Shown piece after piece: positions 59,564 to 64,000 of a stretch of DNA of 64,000 nt. The stretch is taken from assembly GCA_963824995.1 (NCBI GenBank), contig CAWGRK010000008.1:1-64000 (forward strand). Direction: 5' to 3'. Position numbers and translations under genes: made by a program. Within the stretch, counting starts at the first letter, position 1; every line of letters begins with the position of its first letter. The notes under the pieces were generated by a model. That model searched no databases and was not told the origin of the DNA. It was given only the letters and a program-made list of their open reading frames with translations. Source of the stretch: an uncultured Actinomycetes bacterium. GTDB lineage: Bacteria; Actinomycetota; Acidimicrobiia; Spongiisociales; DATADW01.

Positions 59564-62053
59564 CTAGGGCCGAGCGGCGGCGGCCGAGAACAGCGCTCCC
59601 CGCACTGCATCTGGGTCGAAGCGAGCCGGATCATCGGTTCGCACGACGAACGTGTGCCGCTCGCCGGGGAGGAGTGTTGCCAGCTGGGTGTCGACCGATG
59701 CATCGGGGTCGATCATGTCGGCGAGGAAGCAGAGGTCAACCAATGGCGTCGCCGCATCAACCGCTATCTCGACCCTGTTGCTCGCGGGCGTCGCCAGACC
59801 GATCTCTGGTTCTATCCCGGGCCACTCGATGTCGCCGATCTCGTCCCACAGCCAGAACCCACGGACATCGCCAACCGAGACGATCAGCACCTCGCTGCTC
59901 GTCTCCCTTGGTGAGGTGACCTCGGCTGGGAGGACGATCTGGGTCGCTGTGTCCGCCGGAACCTCGAAGGCGACATCGGTGCCAGCCCTGACCACGCCGT
60001 CGAGACCGACCAGCCTGGTGGCGGCGGTCCCCAACCAGGATTCTCGAGTGTCGTTGACGGCGAAACAGACCGGTCCGCCGTCACTGCCTGCCGGCGAGAT
60101 GATCAGGTTGCGGTCGGCGAAGGCCTTCCGGGCGGCGTACCACGCCAGCTTGCGCCGCCCATCGCTATCGACAACGGCCCACGAGAGTGCCGGCCAGCAG
60201 TCATTGAGCTGCCACCAGATGACTCCGGAGCACCGGTCGTGGAGGCTACGGAAGTGGCCGACCCCCGTTCGCAGCGCCTCTGCCTGGATGAGTTGAGTGA
60301 GGTAGAGCCATGGGCCGAAGCCCGCCGGTTTCCCCGAATGGGCGTGGAGGGCACGGTCCAGCTTGGCCATCCCGTCGATGGCCTTCTGGTGATGGGACAT
60401 CGTGGCGTCGCCCGGGCTGAGGGGTCTGCTCGAAATCGCCCGGGCCAAGGTTGCGTGGTTTGCCGGCGCCTGGAACCCGAACTCGGCGACGAAGCGTGGC
60501 CGGTAGGTCCGGTAGTGCGTGTAGTCCCGCTCGTTCCACACGTCCCATATGTGGGTCGGTCCGTGGTTCGGGTTGTTGGGGTGGATTTCTGCACGCAGCG
60601 AGGTCGGGCTCCCGTCGATATAGGGACGGCCCGGATCGAGGGCGGTGACCAGATCGGGAAGGATCTGGCGGTAGAAGAGCGGTCCCCATTCCCGGTCGCC
60701 GACCTCGGACTGCCATCCCCAATCCCACCAGCCCCAAAGGTTCTCATTGTTGCCGTTCCAGATGATCAGGCTCGGATGCGACATCAACCGGTCGATGGCA
60801 TCTCTGGCCTCGGCCTCGACCTCGACCGCCAGCTCGCCGGGATAGGCGGCACAGGCGAACAGGAAGTCCTGCCACACCAGCATCCCGCTCCGGTCGCAGA
60901 CCTCGTAGAAGTCGTCGCTCTCGTAGATGCCTCCGCCCCAAACCCGGAGCAAGTTGGCGTTGGCGTCCAAGGCGTCGGTGATTCGCCGCTCGTAGCGCTC
61001 CCGATCGACCCTTGGTGGGAAGCAGTCGTCCGGGATCCAGTTGAAACCTCGCACCCAAACCCTTTCACCATTGACCAGGAAGGCGAACCTGGAGCCGTCC
61101 GACTCGGTCGAGGTGTCGAGTACCACGGTGCGGAACCCGATGCTGCGCTCCACGCGGTCGGCGGGGATGCCGTCGATCACGGCTTCGACCACGAGTTGAT
61201 AGAGGCGTTGGGGTCCTCGGCCGACCGGCCACCAGAGCTCGACCGAGGGAACCTCCACCGTGACAACTGCTGGTGCGGAGTCGACACTGATCTCCGCGGT
61301 GCGGCCGTCGAGCGTCGCCCGCAGCATGACCTCCCCGGGCGGTTCGTCCCATTCGAGGTCGGCTGCAACCTCGACCATTCCCGCACCGGTCCGGGTGACG
61401 GTGGGAGTGGGCCGGACCGCGGCGATCCGTACACCTGACCAGGTCTCCAACCAGACCGGTCGCCAGATTCCCGACGTGGTGAGGCGCGGCCCCCAGTCCC
61501 AGCCGAAGTTGCACGCCATCTTGCGGATGAAGTTGTAGGGGAATTCGGAGGCCCGGGGGAGATCACCGAGCCTGTCCTGCTCGGCGGTGGCATGAGTCAC
61601 CGGTGACTCGAACCGGACCGCCAGATGGTTGACCCCGACTCGAATGACCGAGGACACGTCGAACCGGTAGGTGCGGTGCATGTTTGCGGTGGTACCTACC
61701 TGCCGGCCGTTGAGAGAGATCACTGCAACCGTGTCGAGACCGTCGAAAACCAGGTCGGCGTGTTCGCCCCCTTCTGGCTGGTGAACGAATTCGAGCTGGT
61801 ATTCCCACACTGATTGGGCGATCCAGTGCTGGCTCTCCTCGTTGCGGTCGAGGTAGGGATCGGCGATGACCCCGGCGGCCATCAGATCGAGATGGACGCA
61901 CCCCGGCACGGTGGCCGGCAACTCGAGCGACCCGGGGAGCACCCGGTGCTGCCGAGGCCAGTCGTATCTCCCATCCGTCTCCGAGGGCGGTTCGCCTCTT
62001 GATGACCGCTCCTTTCCGCGCCCGGGAGCGTAGGCAGGTGCGGTCGCGGTCAC
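59564..62053 (-). CDS. GH2 beta-mannosidase-like glycoside hydrolase (true start uncertain, probable 5' frameshift)
   Basis: ATVPG, FDGLDT, RKMACNFGWDWGP, NWIP, RVWGGG, WQDF, WNGNNE, AEFG, WQLND.W. Confidence 0.92.
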   Translation of the reverse strand: MTATAPAYAPGRGKERSSRGEPPSETDGRYDWPRQHRVLPGSLELPATVPGCVHLDLMAAGVIADPYLDRNEESQHWIAQSVWEYQLEFVHQPEGGEHADLVFDGLDTVAVISLNGRQVGTTANMHRTYRFDVSSVIRVGVNHLAVRFESPVTHATAEQDRLGDLPRASEFPYNFIRKMACNFGWDWGPRLTTSGIWRPVWLETWSGVRIAAVRPTPTVTRTGAGMVEVAADLEWDEPPGEVMLRATLDGRTAEISVDSAPAVVTVEVPSVELWWPVGRGPQRLYQLVVEAVIDGIPADRVERSIGFRTVVLDTSTESDGSRFAFLVNGERVWVRGFNWIPDDCFPPRVDRERYERRITDALDANANLLRVWGGGIYESDDFYEVCDRSGMLVWQDFLFACAAYPGELAVEVEAEARDAIDRLMSHPSLIIWNGNNENLWGWWDWGWQSEVGDREWGPLFYRQILPDLVTALDPGRPYIDGSPTSLRAEIHPNNPNHGPTHIWDVWNERDYTHYRTYRPRFVAEFGFQAPANHATLARAISSRPLSPGDATMSHHQKAIDGMAKLDRALHAHSGKPAGFGPWLYLTQLIQAEALRTGVGHFRSLHDRCSGVIWWQLNDCWPALSWAVVDSDGRRKLAWYAARKAFADRNLIISPAGSDGGPVCFAVNDTRESWLGTAATRLVGLDGVVRAGTDVAFEVPADTATQIVLPAEVTSPRETSSEVLIVSVGDVRGFWLWDEIGDIEWPGIEPEIGLATPASNRVEIAVDAATPLVDLCFLADMIDPDASVDTQLATLLPGERHTFVVRTDDPARFDPDAVRGALFSAAAARP

Positions 62054-62424
62054 CCCTCTGTCACCACCACGGTGCCCTTCATGTTCGGGTGGAGTGTGCA
62101 GACGTATGGGTAGGTGCCCGGGTCGGTGAAGGTGTAGGTGAAGGTCCCCGTCTGCATCACCTCGCTGGCGAAGCCGTCACCAACGACGTTGTGGGGGATG
62201 CTGTCGTCGAATACCCAGGTGACCGTCGTTCCCGCTTCCACAGTCAGCCGATCCTGGTCGAACGCCATGCCGCTCACCAGAATGGTCGGGTCAGCCGACA
62301 CCGCCCCGGGGTCGACCGGCTCAGGCGAGGCGGAGGGCACTGGTGAGCTGCAAGCGGCGAGCGCCGCAATGGAAACCGCGGCGAGGGCCACTCGAAGAAT
62401 GATCTTGGGTGCGTTGTCGTTCAT
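62050..62424 (-). CDS. Cupredoxin (plastocyanin/azurin-like) lipoprotein
   Basis: Lipobox LAAC; type-1 copper ligands PHNV and CTLHPNM. Confidence 0.92.
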   Translation of the reverse strand: MNDNAPKIILRVALAAVSIAALAACSSPVPSASPEPVDPGAVSADPTILVSGMAFDQDRLTVEAGTTVTWVFDDSIPHNVVGDGFASEVMQTGTFTYTFTDPGTYPYVCTLHPNMKGTVVVTEG

Positions 62425-62565
62425 GTCTCAATCATCGGTCGTCAGTGGCCTCTGATCCATCGGGGATGTGCCGCCGGGCGCTGGGGAATGGCCCTGAGAG
62501 CACCTCGGTGCCGACCCCGATGTGCATCCAGAGAGGTGAAAGGCTGAGAAAGCCTCAGACCACGC

Positions 62566-64000
62566 TCACACGCTTGCGGTGTCGATACCGAGCGACGCCT
62601 CCGCCTCCTCCAGGCGCTGACCGGCGGCGGCCACCGGGGCGAACAGGTCCCCGAACCGGGCGAGCCGATCCCACACGTTGGCGACGGTGACGTCGCCGTT
62701 GGCGACCTCTCCCACCTCGTCCCAGGTGATCGGGACCGACACCGGGGCGCCGGGCCGCGGCCTGACCGAGTAGACGGATGCGATCGTCTGCCCCGAGGCG
62801 TTCCTGTTGTGATCGATGAAGACCTTGCCGCGCCGCTTTGGCTTGTCCCATTCCATCGTGATGTCCTCGGGGTTGGCCCCGACGAGGAGGCGCCCCACCG
62901 CCTCGACAAACCGCCTGATCCGGCCGAACCCGTATTGCGGCTCGACCGGCACATAGACGTGCATCCCCCGCGCCCCAGACAGCTTCGGGTAGCCGCGCAA
63001 CCCGAGGTTCTGGAGCGCCACCCTGAGGAGTCGCACGCCGGCCACCACCTGACTCCACTCGGCGCCCTCGGCCGGGTCGAAATCGAATATGGCGTAGTCG
63101 GGGCGGTCGAGCGTCCCTGCCCGCGAGTGGAAGGGGTGGATCTCGATGCACGCCATGTTGGCGAACCACATCAGCGACTCCCGGTCGGCGGCGAGCAGGA
63201 AGCCGATCTCGCCACCCATAGAGTCCGATGGGACTGGTGCGATGGTCATCCATTCCGGCTGATGGCCGGGGGCCCTCTTCTCGTAGAAGGTCGAACCTTC
63301 GATTCCGTTGGGGTAGCGGGACATCGAAATGGGTCGCCCGGCGAGATGAGGGAGCAGCACGGGCGCGATCGAGGCGTAGTACTGGATCAGGTCGCCCTTT
63401 GTGGTGCCCTCTGGGAAGAACGGCTTGTCCGGGTTGGTGATCAGCAATGGCTTGCTAAGCCCGAGTGGACGCCAGCGCGGTCCTTCGGGGACGATCCGCA
63501 ACGGATCGGGAAAGGATGCGATAGGTGAGAGGGGGCGGCCTTGCTCTTCGGGTCGATCGGCGGAGGCCAGGGTGGCGCCAATTTCCTCCCATATGGCTTC
63601 ATGACTCGACTGCTCGCGCGCCTCCGAGATGACCACCATCGGGATCCGGGCTTCGATCGCGGCCTGGACCAGCAGGCCGACCCTCAGCGAACCGGTCCCA
63701 TACGGAATGTGCTTCACCTCGCCGTGCTGGTTGAACAGGTTGTCGGTGAACTGGGTCTGCAGGGGCGCCACCATCCACCCAGGAAAGGCCTCCTCGATGA
63801 AGTTGAGGACCGAGGCGAAGGCTTCCTTCGAGGTGAGCGCGCCGCCGGTCATTGCATGGACATGCGCCCAGTCCACGATGGGTCGGACGAACGGGTACTC
63901 GCTGGCGAGCACGGCGATGTCCCCCAGTGTCCCGAAGGAGTGGTCGTTCCCCCCGGTCTCCAGACCGAGACCGACACCGAGCTTCTCGATCTTGGGAGCC
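62566..64000 (-). CDS. Fusion of an endonuclease IV-like TIM barrel with a LigD-type primase-polymerase (AEP) domain; 5' end outside the window
   Basis: Frame open to the window edge. N-part: GLETGG..FGTL, IVDWAHVHA, GEVKH, VISE. C-part: TNPDK, RYPNG, FYEK, IEIH, FDFDP, KLSGARGMH, VFIDHNRN, YSVR. Confidence 0.85.
   Translation of the reverse strand, partial: APKIEKLGVGLGLETGGNDHSFGTLGDIAVLASEYPFVRPIVDWAHVHAMTGGALTSKEAFASVLNFIEEAFPGWMVAPLQTQFTDNLFNQHGEVKHIPYGTGSLRVGLLVQAAIEARIPMVVISEAREQSSHEAIWEEIGATLASADRPEEQGRPLSPIASFPDPLRIVPEGPRWRPLGLSKPLLITNPDKPFFPEGTTKGDLIQYYASIAPVLLPHLAGRPISMSRYPNGIEGSTFYEKRAPGHQPEWMTIAPVPSDSMGGEIGFLLAADRESLMWFANMACIEIHPFHSRAGTLDRPDYAIFDFDPAEGAEWSQVVAGVRLLRVALQNLGLRGYPKLSGARGMHVYVPVEPQYGFGRIRRFVEAVGRLLVGANPEDITMEWDKPKRRGKVFIDHNRNASGQTIASVYSVRPRPGAPVSVPITWDEVGEVANGDVTVANVWDRLARFGDLFAPVAAAGQRLEEAEASLGIDTASV

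Overview
High-GC bacterial chromosomal DNA, densely coding (about 65 genes). WhiB, SigK/RskA, DUF1876, DUF6529 and a LigD-type polymerase domain point to Actinomycetota, plausibly Acidimicrobiia (inference). I found no rRNA, tRNA, integrase, transposase, phage gene or CRISPR array. Most genes are housekeeping or accessory: proteases, four ABC systems, a rimB-rimK-deacylase locus, glycoside hydrolases and fbaA. Six genes carry single-base frameshifts, most likely long-read consensus errors. Best candidate for an undescribed system: the last gene (62566->64000, minus, 5'-truncated) fuses an archaeal-type endonuclease IV TIM barrel in frame to an intact LigD/Prim-PolC primase-polymerase domain, suggesting a single-chain abasic-site 'cut and fill' repair enzyme. 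Other leads: a ureohydrolase/ABC/amidohydrolase cluster whose two divergent promoters share one operator; a beta-propeller plus ubiquitin-like pair with no E1; a QueA-paralogue/SDR/two-component module; a DUF6529, micro-protein and Met-rich lipoprotein operon; a structured leader before drrAB; a LexA box before a whiB-family gene; and several intergenic heptamer/REP-like repeat families. Family names come from motif recognition, not database searches.
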